A stretch of DNA of 62,236 nt, the filler included, from Hausera hauseri (Eukaryota), in the NCBI GenBank assembly GCA_046269625.1. It is 11 parts of 11 records of this genome, joined end to end, with 100 filler letters (N's around TTAATTAATTAA, not from the genome) between each part and the next. Parts side by side here need not be neighbours in the genome. Positions count along the whole stretch, not along the records: positions 1 to 7,344 come from JBJURY010020675.1; positions 7,445 to 15,425 come from JBJURY010838747.1; 9 more parts are not named here. One strand, given 5' to 3'. The notes beneath the pieces were generated by a model. It had not been told where the DNA came from, made no database searches, and was given only the letters and a program-made list of their open reading frames with translations. The position numbers were made by a program, and so were the translations under genes. Shown here in pieces: positions 1 through 11,840 of the stretch (its first letter is position 1; each line of letters opens with the position of its first letter).

Positions 1-1
1 T

Positions 2-517
2 GAAGGATTCGTTTGAAATTTCGTGTATTAGTGGCGTAGACTTTACACTTGGTTTTTCGTTGTGATATTCTTTGAGTGTGTTATACATATTTAATATAAT
101 TAAGGCTTTATCTCTCGTTCTGGTTGGGTATTTGATGTTATTGAATTTTAGAAAGATTTGCTTTTGGGTCAGTGTTCTTTTTGGATTAATATGTTCGTTA
201 TAGAATAGGTCACGAATGCCCACTATTTGATCAATGTTGAAAAGGGCTATTTGGGAATTAGTACTAAACACAGTCATCTCCATTATCATTTTTCCTACCA
301 ATTGATGTCGAATTGTAGGCCAGATTTGGTATTGGTCGGCTTGGCCGATTAAATCTGATTCTCTTATTTCAGTTATTTGGGTGTTATAGTTATCTACGCG
401 TTCTCGTGGGGCAATGAGCTGATCGAAGATAATTTTCCCGTTCAAATCCATTATAGTAATTTCTATAAGGGTAGCTCTTGAACGACTGTCTTTCTGATTG
501 TTGAGGTGGAGGATAAT
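2..517 (-). pseudogene. DEDDh (REX4/ISG20-like) 3'-5' exonuclease-like domain in LTR element A polyprotein; runs off window edge
   Basis: Hand translation (absent from the ORF track): RATLIEITIMDLNGKIIFDQLIAPRERVDNYNTQITEIRESDLIG...IRHQLVGKMIM...IVGIRDL. This follows the REX4 pattern LARVSIVN..G.V.YD.YV.P.E.V.DY.T..SGI...DL...L.GKILVGH. The Exo I DxE is replaced by IILHLNNQ; in-frame TAG at 518-520. Confidence 0.75.
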
Positions 518-554
518 CTATTCGTTGTTGTGTAGTTGGTGCTGATTCATATAT

Positions 555-884
555 TGTTGTATGAACCAGGCTAGAAATCCATCCACCTCTACATTTTACC
601 CATCCTTCAACATTAGCCTTTAACGCTCTTGTGTCAATTTCTATATTTCTTTCTACTTCCTCTTGATTTGGGTTTACTCAGTTCATTATCATTATTTTAT
701 ACAAGAGGTAGGACATAGCTGTTACGATTTTATTTCGAGATATGCCAGTTCCCATCATTCTCGAAAGAATATCTGTTTCCTGTATTTCGTTTATCCTCTC
801 ATCTATAGGAATGTCAGCAAACTGTTCACTAATTTTTGAAATATCATTTCTAATAGCTTGCATCAATGAATTCGGTATTTGCAA
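555..884 (-). pseudogene. Bcl-2-like domain (BH3/BH1/BH2) in LTR element A
   Basis: ORF 678-884 gives BH3-like LMQAIRNDISKISEQF and BH1-like MMGTGISRNKIVTAMSY. Reading past the TGA gives BH2-like EGWVKCRGGW, then a frameshift to FLAWF (compare WIQDNGGWDAFVELY in BCL2). Confidence 0.65.
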
Positions 885-2005
885 ATTGTATTGAATTCAA
901 CGAATGCATTATGCATTCTTGCTAACAAGGATTGTAATAATGTTGTTAATGGTACATTGTCCACATCATATTCATCCTCTGTTGTCAGAAATCTCCGGAC
1001 AACTTTATCGTCTCTGGAGTTTCTACCTTTGAGTTGATACAATTTTGTCGTTCCTTTTGGTCTTCCGCTATTTCTTTTATCCGTTTGTATTTGTTCTGAT
1101 ATAAGCATATTTATTTCAGTTTCTACTGGTTGAGCTTGATATTGATGTTCAACTTCTTGTATTTCTTTTCGCCTGACATCAGTGATAATTTCATCGATTA
1201 TCTCATGTTCTGACTGTCTATAGGTAATACATACCGGATTATATCGATTTTCCCAAATACCTACTTCGTATAGAGTTTTGTAATCTATCAACGTTCGTCC
1301 ATAAATGCGTAACTCCAACTCTCCTTGAGACTGACTTATTTTGTTGACCCTCTTTTAATATAGCTATTGTATCTAGTGATCTTATTCTTAGAACATGGAA
1401 GTCCTGATTATACTGTTGGAGGGTAACCATTACTTCGGGGTTTTCTCCAACTGCTCTCACTCTATCAGCATAACGATAAATTATATATCGCACAACATTT
1501 TGATATGGACTTGTGCCAGCTGCATACATCAGCAACAAGTTTAGTAAATGAACAAATTGTTGATGTGTGATTGTTGGTAACAATAGCATAGAAAGGTCTT
1601 GTCTAAACTGAACGCCATCAATTAGTTCTTGAATAGCATAATTTAATATTTTCCGGACTATTTCTGTGCCATCCTGATCTAAATCTACAGATGGAGATTC
1701 ATAACTCGGAGATTTTTCTTTCGTTCTCTTTTTCCTTATTCTTTTTATTTTCTCCTTCGGTTCATTTTCTCCACTTGATTTACTCTTCGCTTCCACTCTC
1801 GGAAGGTACATTCAGTTCTGGGGTCCTCAATTCCTCTTCTTGTATTAAGGGTTTATCCTTCTTTTTGACCCTTTTCTTTTCAGTATCTGATTCAGATGCA
1901 GGAGTCTTTTTAGGCCTGCCAACAACAGGAGCAATGAGTAGACTTTCGTCATTCATTTTCTGTCTCCTTTCACAAATTTGTTGCTCCTTTAATTCAAGGT
2001 ATTGC
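863..2005 (-). pseudogene. Unknown polyprotein segment of element A: charged linker, helical domain, AT-hook-like GRP motifs
   Basis: Overlapping ORFs 863-1318 and 1239-1811 on the same strand as Gag; motifs VVGRPKKT (~1905-1930) and NSGRPKGT (~1050-1075). Confidence 0.45.
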
Positions 2006-3118
2006 TATTTTAGTTCAGCTATTTTGTCTTCCTCTTCTACTATATTAGTTTTACTTTCTTTTAGTTTAGATCTAATCTTCAGCTGTAACTTTTCAATAGT
2101 TTCTTCTGGTTCTGTATCTGTAAGTTCATGCTCGTTATCAGTGTCAGATATATTGCCGACTATATCAACATTCTTTTTCTTCTGACTTGATTGTCCTTGG
2201 TTGGGACAGGAACGAGCCATATGTCCATATTTTTGACATACAAAACAAGAATTGCCCATCTTGGTTAACCGGAGGCTTTTTCATTGCAGGTTTCTGAGGC
2301 TGGTTTTGCCAAGAAACCCTCTTCTGCGGCTGCTGTTCCGGTTGATTCGAATATTTTTGAAAAGGCTTCTGCTGAAAGTTTTTCTTCTGTTGAAAATTTT
2401 TCGGTTTCTTATCATCATTTTTAAGATGTTTCTTTGTATTCTCAAGTCTCTCACTATTAACTTCAATCTTTCTTGCCTTACTGACGGCTTCTTTGTATGT
2501 ATCCGGATCTGCAACGATAATATAATTCTGGATTTCTTTATTTACTCCGTAACAAAATTGAGCCAGGAGGGCATCTTCCCTTGTATCAACATCTGCATAA
2601 GCTATCTGAGCCTATTTCTGAAGGGCACATGCAAACTCTTGCACGGTTTCGCCTTTTCGTTGACGTCTTCTATTGAATTCTCCAATTCGACCCTTTCCTA
2701 ACGGGTCTACTAAGAGCCTTTCCTCAAGAGCGTCCTTAAGACTAGCTCAATCAGCTTTGTCCTCTTCATCCTTTATTTGTGTATAAGCACTAAGTGTCAT
2801 GCCTTTGAGATGCAAGGGAAGCCTCTTCATCCTGAACTCGTCTGTCCAGCCAAAACTTTCAGAATACATTTCGTATTGCATAATGAATTCTGCATAATCC
2901 TGATCCGGTTTAGCCTCATATTTGTCCATTGGAAGCACCATGGTTCCTGATAAGTTATTTCCTAGGCCTTTACCTAATCCTGAATTCGACATTTCTGGAT
3001 TCTCAATCAAATTTATTTCAGGATTTTCGTCTAAATCGGGACTACTCCTTGCCGAATCAGTACGTGAAGTTGTGTTATTAGCGTATATACGTTTACTTCG
3101 TAAAGGATACGACGCCAG
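2005..3118 (-). pseudogene. gag: Ty3/Gypsy Gag (capsid domain plus CCHC zinc knuckle), disrupted
   Basis: DYAEFIMQYEMYSESFGWTDEFRMKRLPLHLKG...RRQRKGETVQEF...LLAQFCYGV (retrotransposon Gag); CFVCQKYGHMARSC knuckle; internal stops. Confidence 0.85.
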
Positions 3119-3123
3119 TGTGC

Positions 3124-3141
3124 CTCCTCACTCGGGCACCA
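3124..3141 (-). promoter_or_regulatory. Primer-binding site of element A (TGGTGCCCGAGTGAGG; possibly elongator tRNA-Met)
   Basis: TGG-initiated motif 1 nt inside the LTR's terminal CA; tRNA identity is tentative. Confidence 0.7.
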
Positions 3142-3142
3142 G

Positions 3143-4129
3143 TGATAAGTTTAAGGTTCGAATAAAATATAAATTTCTTCAGGAAAGTTTGGGTTTCGTA
3201 ACATCAAACTTATACTTACTTAAGTTGAAACTAGCTCAAAGTTTTTCCTTCCTTTAAGCCTCAGAAGATAATTAGTCTTAATAGCCGCCTGTGGGTCGGC
3301 CCAATAAATAATTTTAACCTAATAAATTCGATCACCAGGAGGAACACTGGTGTCGTTCCCGGATTTTATAAAGTTTAGGACTCTACGGTTTTTTATGACC
3401 GTAAGAGAAAGAAAGAGGGTCCCTGTTTAGTTTAATCAATTCCTATTGCTATACGTATTGATTAATTATATTCAAATAAAAATCAAAAATATACAGTTAC
3501 AATAAGTTTTAATAATCAGAAAAAAATTACAAGGTTAAAAATGAAAGATACTCAATGAAAGTAAAATGTAAAATACAAACTTACATGAAGTACAACTATG
3601 CATCATATAAACACTTTTTTGTCAACAATAATGTCTGCAAGGGTTTATATATAATGTCCGAGACTCTCAAAGATACAGAAATTCCATAATAAATAATAAT
3701 TAAATTTAACACTACCAAATAAAATAATGTTAATTTGTGTCTAAAATTCAATGACACACATAATATCAAATGAAATTAATTCAATGTAACACACAATTGT
3801 TTTCACAATAATAAAACACACAATTGTTTTCACAATAATACACACAATTGTTTTCACAATAATATAATAGGATCAGGTGAAAATAACAAGGTCACCATTT
3901 AGATCATCATTTGATCATCATTTGTCAACATTAAGGTTAATCGGATTGCCCAACTAAACAATTGGGTTCCAACACTCCTGATAGATTATTATCCAAATAT
4001 TCTACATTAAAACTTAATAAAGTAAGAAGTAAGAATATGTAAAATTCCATATACATCACCTTAAGGTTAATCATTATATGTTGACACGAAGCAAAGGTCA
4101 AACACCCTTGTGTTATCCCTGTGTTAACA
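3143..4129 (-). repeat. 5' LTR of element A (~987 bp, TG...CA)
   Basis: Minus strand begins TGTTA at 4129 and ends TATCA at 3143 next to the PBS. At 4130 the sequence resumes colinear with the second element-B copy (ATGCAAC.AATGGA, cf. 16511). Contains 3 direct repeats of CACACAATTGTTTTCACAATAATA (~3790-3865). Confidence 0.8.
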
Positions 4130-7100
4130 ATGCAACGAATGGAATCTGTTGAATGCTTCTTTTTGAAGCGATTTAGAGAGGATGACCTTAGGATTATTGG
4201 GTTTGAAAGTGTCAAAGGCCACACCGTCGATGGTTTTTCACGATTTAAAAGATTTAAGGATGTCAGGAGGTGGCTGGTTTGTTTAAGTTTGAATTGAGGA
4301 AAATTGGTGTGAAATCAATCGAGCTGACAGATCGAGACAAAAAATCAGCTACCAAATTGTCTACCTCGCTTAGGTGCTTAATTTCAAAATTAAATGTTGA
4401 AAAATACGATATTTGCCTCTCTTGACGTGGCGAAGGCGATTTCATAGTAAGAATTTGAAGCAATGGCTTGTGGTCCGTTTGTATTGTAAAAGTTCGTGCA
4501 GTTAATAGATGTTTGAAGTGTTTTATGGCAAGGACCATTGCAAGCAACTCTCTGTCAGAGGTGAAATATTTTGCTCTTGTGCCGTGAATTTTCGAGAGAA
4601 GAATTCTAATGGCTTATGGAATCAATTTTTGTCTTAATGGATGACAGCACCTGCAGCTGTTGTGTATGCGTCCGTGGTTAAGAAGAGTTCTGCATGGGAG
4701 TCTGAATAGGCCAGGATTCCCACGGTTGTTAAATTGTCTTTGAGGTGATCAAAAGCGTTGACTAGCTTGGCAGTCCATTAAATAGGCTGTTTCTTCTTGC
4801 CAGAGCTTAGTGATGCAAATGGAGCGGTTAAAGTGGAACAATGTGCAACATACTTATGAATAAAGTGCAAGGTTCTGAGGAAAGAACGCATCTCTGTTAA
4901 TGTACGTGGTAGTTTTATGTTTGTGAGCTGTTGTGGTGCGCTCTAGCTGAAGTGAATATCCGGAGGAGCTAATAACATATCCTAGGAAGTTGACCTTATC
5001 TTGAGAAAAGGAGAATTTGGCGAAATTAATTTGCAAATTGTTTTGGTGCAAGTGCTGGAAGATTAAACGTAAGTTTCCAGAGTGCGGCTTTTAGGAAGAT
5101 GATGCAATTAGGATATCATCAATATAGAGATAGGCAAAGTCTAAGCCTGACAGGACTGTATCGATATGCCTTTGGAAGGTCTGGGTAGAGCTACGGAGTC
5201 CAAAAGGCATGAAAGGGTATTTGAAGAAGCCGAAAGGTGTAATGACAGCCGTTTTCGGTATGTCTGCTGGGGCCACCGGAATTTGGTGGTATGCTTTGTG
5301 TAAATCAATGCAGGAAAAGATGATCGAACCGTGAAGCCTGTGGAGGATGTCGTTGATTAATGGTAGAGGGTAGACATCCATTATAGTTATGATATTGGGT
5401 TGGCGGTAATCACCGCATGGGCGAAAGGTACCATCTTTTTTGGAACCACATGTAGTGGTGAATTCCAGGGGGATTTTTATCTTCTGATTATGTCTGATTT
5501 TTTCAGTTCAAGAAACTCAACCTCCACTGCCTGTCTGCTACGAAGCGATAGCGGACGGACCTTTCGCCGTATTGGTCTCTGATGTGCTGTTACTATGTGA
5601 TGAAAGGTGGATTGAGGTGGTACGAATGATTTGTTATTTTGCAACAGACGCGTGCAGGAAGACGAAATGTATTGCTGTAGATTAGAAGGCAGCGAAGAAA
5701 AGTTACCCGATGTCGTCAATGCATCGTGACTGGATGCAGTTGAGATATGAGTTGTAAACGAGGTGTTGTGACTGGGTGGTATTTGGTGCAGGATGTTAGT
5801 GTTGAAAATAGTGTTGGCAGCTGTGCTATCAGTGATAAGTGTCACACAGCTGGCAATATCGTATTTCGCACCGTAGTAAATATTTCTGTATAATGTATGA
5901 TTATAAAAATAATTTAAATCGGAAGTCGTTGGTATTGGGTTTCTTGCTTTGTTGTACTGTTATCCATGGATAGCCAAAACTCGACAGAAAATAAAATGAT
6001 TACAATATTAAATCCAACATCAAAAGAGAGTAAATGGAAATCCGCGTGTTGTATTTCGTCTGTACAATATTAGCAAATTCTGAAACGTATCATATAACAA
6101 CAAATCTGCCCGTATTGAAAAACATTACATAATAATGAGAAACTTAAATATCAAAATTAGGCACAGTCGAGTGACAAAGCAAAAAATAGACGTGAAATAT
6201 TAAACGTTCGAAATTGGCTGAATACACCAGATTTTGATTTTATACATTTAAACAAGAAAATGTTTTTTTTTTATTTTTGTCAAAATTATCGAGTGGGTGA
6301 ATATGGGCACCATAGTTGGCTTCAGCATTGACTTGTTGAAAGCAATCGCCTTGGTGGTGACCGAAATGCTGCTAATTTGATTAAAATTATTTCCGAACTT
6401 TAAGGAGAATCGTTTGCAATCTACAATTAAATTATAGTGGGACAGAAAGTCTAAACCCAATATAGGTGTGCGTATATTGGCTACTGTAAATTTCCATGTG
6501 AATGTGTTTGGAAATTGTGGAAGAGTGAAAGTTAATTTGGTAACTCCACAAATTTGTAAGGGTTCACCGGACGCAGGGAACAGTTGCTTTTTTGACGTGA
6601 AATTGTTTTAAATGTGTTGTGTTGGTGGCAGTAGAGAGATTGCTGCGTCGATGTTTATAAGAAAGTTAATGTTTTGTTTGTTGGAGTGACGACTGCTGCT
6701 TCCAACGTGAATACAGCAAAGGAAATGTGTCGGCTATCTTTTTGTAAGTTGTTGCCTTTGTTAGGGCTTGCCGTGTGTCCTCGTCGCGAAATCAGTTTTT
6801 TGTAGTTGGTGAATTTGGCCTATTGTGCTGTGTAAATTTAGTTGTGTTGATTTTATTTTGTGTGTTGTAATTACAGGAAGGTAGAAATTTTTGTGCATTT
6901 GTGCCAAACTTCGAGTGATAGATGCAAACGATGTTGCTTGTATTAAAATCGGGGGAGTAAAATTTACAACCGATTCAAAATTTCTGGGCATTTTTACCAA
7001 ATTTGCTATGATAATAGCAAATATATGACCGCGCGGAGGCAGCGTTAATTCGCTTAATTTTTTGTTTATGTTGTTAATTGTCTTCTGTAATATTTCTTTT

Positions 7101-7344
7101 TCCGTGCGTAATTGCGCAATTTGTTGTGCAGCATTGCATTTTATTGTTGTTGGTCTGTTGTTAATGCCGCAGAAATAGTTGGTCTTGTGTGTGAGTGCAG
7201 TTCTTCATATACTTTGTCTGCCAGTTCGGCCAACTTGTCCAGAGCCATGGAGTCTTCGACCACAATAAGCAAAGTTCTTATTTGTAGGGGCAAGGCATTT
7301 AAAAATAGCGACAAATAAGTTTTGGACTATGCTCAGAGGTGCCG
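4130..7344 (-). mobile_element. Ty3/Gypsy element B copy 1 (CsRn1-like): gag end, protease, RT, RNase H, start of integrase; degenerate
   Basis: RT motifs YPLPLINDI, IDLHKAYHQIPV, MPFGL, YIDDIL; RNase H ELLAMVLAIKHF, TDHKPL, NLVADFLSR; colinear with 16511-19390. Confidence 0.9.
5933..6314. mobile_element. 382-bp insertion with 5-bp target-site duplication (GTTGG)
   Basis: Absent from element B copy 2 at ~18310; GTTGG at 5928-5932 and 6315-6319. Confidence 0.7.
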
Positions 7345-7444
7345 NNNNNNNNNNNNNNNNNNNNNNNNNNNNNNNNNNNNNNNNNNNNTTAATTAATTAA
7401 NNNNNNNNNNNNNNNNNNNNNNNNNNNNNNNNNNNNNNNNNNNN
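7345..7444. other. Artificial contig linker N44-TTAATTAATTAA-N44 (also at 15426-15525, 21578-21677, 27267-27366, 31783-31882, 36157-36256, 41347-41446, 45934-46033, 51704-51803, 56469-56568)
   Basis: Same 100-nt spacer with stops in all six frames, repeated 10 times; sequence character changes across each. Confidence 0.97.
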
Positions 7445-7650
7445 GTGTAATGTAATGTAGTGTAGTGTAGTGTAGTGTAGTTTAATGTAATGTAGTGTAA
7501 TGTAATGTAGTGCAGTGTAGTGTAATGTGGTGTAGTGTAGTGTAATGTAATGTAGTGTAGTGTAATGTAGTGTAGTGTAATGTAATGTAGTGTAATGTAA
7601 TGTAGTGTAATGTAGTGTAGTGCAGTGCAGTGTAATGTAGTGTAATGTAG
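7445..7650. repeat. Pentanucleotide microsatellite (GTGTA/ATGTA)n
   Basis: Direct reading. Confidence 0.95.
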
Positions 7651-8010
7651 GTGGAGAAAGGGGGCGTTTGTAAAATGAATGGAGAAAGTTGCTGTACTCT
7701 CATTCCTAACAATACTGCCCCTGATGGCACTATAACAAAGGCTTTTGAAGGTTAGAAATCATCAAGAATTGAATTGGCCGACAACAGTGGCACAGAAAAC
7801 CCATTCAGTATGTGGATGGGAACATTTTGTACAATATAAAGAAGTGATGCGGAGCTTTATGAGCTCTACCTGCTGTGCTCTGGCCCTGTTGGTAGTGTGT
7901 GGCTGCAGCTGTGTTGCCTTGCATGCGGACAGTACTATATGAGTCAGGAGACTGGGGAGTCATTGATGGGGAGTTATGCTCAGTCAGAGTTAGAGGTCGA
8001 AATATATTAA

Positions 8011-8290
8011 ATATCCATCCATCCATTATCTTTAACCCTTATCATAATTAGGGTCGGGTTGGGGTACTGGAGCCTATCCCAGGCTTATGGTAACAACCTG
8101 GATGGTGTGCCAGTCCATCACAGGTACTGACAGGGCAATTCAGTGTCTCCAATTAACCTGGAAGCATGTCTTTAGACTTTGGGAGGAAACCGGGGTACCC
8201 GGATGAAACCCACGTGGACACAGGGAGAACATGCAAACTCCACACAGAAAGGACCCAGATCGCCCCACCCGGCGATCGAACCCAGGAGCT
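8011..8290 (-). mobile_element. Fish V-SINE (Mermaid-type tRNA-derived SINE)
   Basis: (ATCC)n tail, CTGGAGCCTATCCCAG, V-domain-like GGGAGGAAACCGG...GGGAGAACATGCAAACTCCACACAGAAAGG, B-box GGTTCGATC on the minus strand. Confidence 0.85.
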
Positions 8291-8569
8291 CATTATTTGT
8301 GTTTGTGTTTATTGTATATTTAATGACATGATGTATTCTGAATCTGTTTAGTAATCTCTATGTAGTTAGATCATTATTTATAACTGGATGGATCACATGT
8401 GGACGTCAGAGCTTCTGCTGCAGATACACGTGTGCTGTCAGAGTCTCACCTGAGCTCAGCTACTCTTAGCATTACTCTCTGAATCATCAATAAACCTCTA
8501 CAAAATGGATAACTCTGCTAATGTGTGAGACTTCTCCATTGTTTTTAAAACTCAACACTTATCCCAAAA

Positions 8570-9520
8570 CAAAACCCTATTAAAATCAAATCTTAAAACC
8601 TAAATATATTAGTGGAAACACACAATACCTGTGATTCACCTAACAACAACACCACGCCATGAGTCCATGTAATTACACACAATGAACACCTGAGGGCGAC
8701 GATTAACCCTGAACTACAGATCTCAACACAAAGTGCTGCGGGTAGAAGAAGTAAATGAACGAAGTGAATGAGAGGAGTCGATTCTTTTTTACCACAAGTG
8801 TGCCAGTGCAAACAAAATGAAGTTTTTTATCCTTTGAGAATGATTCATAATGTTCTCTTAACCTACCCCGGATTTACTCACTCTTAACCATAACCTCAAT
8901 AATGATTTAAACATACTAATAATTAATAATAAACTGTAATACATACAATGGACAAGTAATGCAATATATGATTCATCCAGATAACTCGCAACTATGATTC
9001 ATTCAAATAACTCGCAAATATGATTCGTTCCCAAATATGATTCATGAACCCTATTCAAATGTAAAACCTCTATATTATATCGGCGGTGAGACACTTGGCG
9101 GAACTTATAGGAGTACTGGGAGTACACACATTGGGAATACCAGAACTGGGGGTTAGACAGACTTGATAGGAGAATAGTGAGGCCCATTCTGCAGAGTTTT
9201 ATCATCAATAAACCTCTACTAAATGGATTTTAACTCGCAACACTTCTCCCAAAACTAAACCCTATTAAAACCACCCTAAATATATTATAGGAAACACACA
9301 ATAGCTGTAATTCAAATAACAACATCAACATGATATGAGTCCATGTAATTACAAATAATGAACACCAGATGGCGACATTTAATCCTGAAATACAGAAATT
9401 AATGAAAAAATGCATAATATAGTGATTTTGTAGGATAGATAAATAATCTAGCACATGTGTTGGACGTGAGGAGAATCTTTGAAATAATACATTTTTATTT
9501 CTTATCCTTTGAGATTGTTT
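8570..9520. repeat. Dispersed non-autonomous repeat, two copies (related copies at ~13905-14520 and ~14920-14980)
   Basis: Shared CATGTAATTACA.A.AATG.ACACC.GA.GGCGACATTT..CCTGAA.TACAGA. Confidence 0.6.
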
Positions 9521-9849
9521 AAATGTTTATTAGATGGAGCTAATTTCCTCCCACGGTCGAAAGGCATGCTACCAGGTTAATAATACAGTTACAATAAGTA
9601 CAAAGATTAGTTTAGTTCTTACACAGAGCTTCAAAAATCATGCCTGGCTTGGTCTAGTTAATGAAACTGGTTTATTAATGATATTTTCTGAACTGGTAGA
9701 TTAATGAAGGGAAAATGTGTACATTTAATAGTATGCCCTGTTTATTAATGATTATTCAGTGTGAATAATTCACTAGAGATACCACAGGGCATCCAGAGCC
9801 AGACATGCCATTCCATCATCTACAGATTTTATTATCACCATGCTAAAAC

Positions 9850-10400
9850 AAAAGGTACCTGCTTGTGATCATTGACATGTTCTCCAAGTGGGTGGAAGCT
9901 CAACCTACCACTCACCAGGATGCACTAGCAGTGACAAAATGCCTACTAAGGGAAAATACTCCTAGATTTGCACTCCCTAGGAAAGGTACATCTGATATGA
10001 TGTTCCAGCATTTGTGAGTACTCATCACTGATGTGATGTTCCTGCACTCACACAAGCACTGTGCATATCACCCTCAACGTGCAGGTGTGGTGGAGAGAAC
10101 AAATAATACAATCACACAGAAAATGTCTCATGAGACAGGACTAGCCTGGGTGGAGGCCCTCCCACTAGTGTGGATGAGTTTGAGGGAAAGAAAATCCTCC
10201 AGAACTAAACTCTCACCATCTGAGATGATATTTGGGAGACACCGGCCCTAGAGGACGATCACATGTGAAGGTACCGTGCTATGTTGTGCTCTGTGCTATC
10301 TGATGTACACAGGAGGGTGAAGGAGACTCTTCCTACACCAGCAGTGAGACACGGAGCGTTCCAAGTGCTTCTAACAGCTCACACAGCAGATATAATAAAT
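9850..10400 (+). mobile_element. Endogenous retrovirus (class I / epsilon-like) integrase remnant
   Basis: RYLLVIIDMFSKWVEAQPT...AVTKCLLRE, HCAYHPQRAGVVERTN, WVEALPLV, LSPSEMIFGR. Confidence 0.8.
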
Positions 10401-10444
10401 AATGCACGCAGGGCTGAACGCAGGCCCCTCAGTGCAATTATCTT

Positions 10445-11160
10445 CCTCTATGTACCCCCTGTACATCTCAGTCCCTCTCAGTACCCTTCAGAAGATCACT
10501 GTGTACTCCCTGTACCTCCTGGTGCTCCTCAGTACCAATCTGAACCCCTCTGTGTACGCCCTGTACCTCCTGGTGCCCCTCAGTACCATTCTGAACTCCT
10601 CTGTGTACCCCTTGTACCTTCTGGTGCCTCTCATTTCGCTTTGTGAACCTCTCTGTGTGCCACCTGTACCTCTCAGTACCTCTCAGTACCTCTCAGCACC
10701 CTTCTGAACCACTCTGTGAACCCCCTGTACCTCCTGGTGCCTCATATTTCCCTTTGTGAACCTCTCTGTGAACCCCCTGCACATCCTGGTGACTATCAGT
10801 ACCCTTGTGAACCTCTCTGTGTTAACCCTCATAACACCTGGTGACTCTCAGTACCCTTCTGTGAACCCCCTGTACAAATAAGTACCCTTCTGAAGCTCTC
10901 TGTGTTAACCCCTGTACCTCCTGGTGACTCTCATTAAGCTTGGTAACCTCTCTGTGTATGCCCTGTACCTCCTGGTGCCTCTAAGTAAACTTCTGAACCT
11001 CTCTGTGTACCCCCTGTACCTCCTGGTGACTCTCAGTACCTTTCTGAACCCCTCTGTGTACCCCCTGTACCTCCTGGTGCCTCACATTACCCTTGTTAAC
11101 CTCTATGTGTAAACCCTGTAGCACCTGGTGTCTCTCAGAACCCTTCTGAACCTCCCTGTG
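10445..11160. repeat. ~50-bp minisatellite (CTCTGTGTACCCCCTGTACCTCCTGGTGCCTCTCAGTACCCTTCTGAAC); further arrays at 13710-13900 and 14520-14900
   Basis: Direct reading of tandem units. Confidence 0.9.
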
Positions 11161-11164
11161 TTAA

Positions 11165-11840
11165 TATGCACGAATCATACTAGGGAGTTTTGCGCATTTT
11201 TTATTTGCGATGAATGTGCATGAATAATTATCGCGAATTTTGCGCGTTTTGCCCGTTATTTGCTATTAATGTGCATTAATCATAATCGCGAGTTTGTCGC
11301 ATTTTGCGCGTTATTTGCGATTAATGTGCATGAATAATTATTGCGAGTTTTGCGCGTTATTTGTGATGAATGTGCATGAATCATAATCGCGAGTTTGTCG
11401 CATTTTTGCGCGTTATTTGCGATTAATGTGCATGAATAATTATCGCGAGTTTGTCGCATTTTTGCGCGTTATTTGCGATTAATGTGCATGAATCATAATC
11501 GCGAGTTTGTCGCATTTTTGCGCGTTATTTGCGATTAATGTGCATGAATAATTATCGNNNNNNNNNNNNNNNNNNNNNNNNNNNNNNNNNNNNNNNNNNN
11601 NNNNNNNNNNNNNNNNNNNNNNNNNNNNNNNNNNNNNNNNNNNNNNNNNNNNNNNNNCGTTATTTGCGATTAATGTGCATGAATCATAATCGCGAGTTTG
11701 TCGCATTTTTGCGCGTTATTTGCGATTAATGTGCGTGAATCATAATCGCGAGTTTTGCGCGTTATTTGCGGTTAATGTGCATGAATAATTATCGCGAGTT
11801 TTGCGCATTTTTGCGCGTTATTTGCGATTAATGTGCATGT
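11165..11840. repeat. 56-bp CpG-rich satellite, with an assembly gap at 11558-11657
   Basis: Unit TGCGATTAATGTGCATGAAT(AATT/CATA)ATCGCGAGTTTGTCGCATTTTTGCGCGTTATT. Confidence 0.9.

Noticed and set aside
678-680. Programmed read-through or frameshifting in element A
   Set aside because: Stops and shifts are scattered throughout, so a single copy cannot separate recoding from decay or sequencing error.
1691-3257. Hydrophobic plus-strand ORFs resembling membrane proteins
   Set aside because: They are antisense shadows of the Lys/Glu-rich Gag-region coding strand.
7345-7444. TTAATTAATTAA as a biological motif (e.g. piggyBac TTAA site)
   Set aside because: It is always centred in a 100-nt N spacer, so it is an artificial linker. 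Adjacency across linkers has no meaning.
10281-11112. Repetitive Pro/Leu-rich ORFs (also 14431-14952 and 7482-7730)
   Set aside because: They are translations of tandem repeats.
11165-11840. CRISPR-like array
   Set aside because: Units are contiguous with no unique spacers, there are no cas genes, and the context is eukaryotic.
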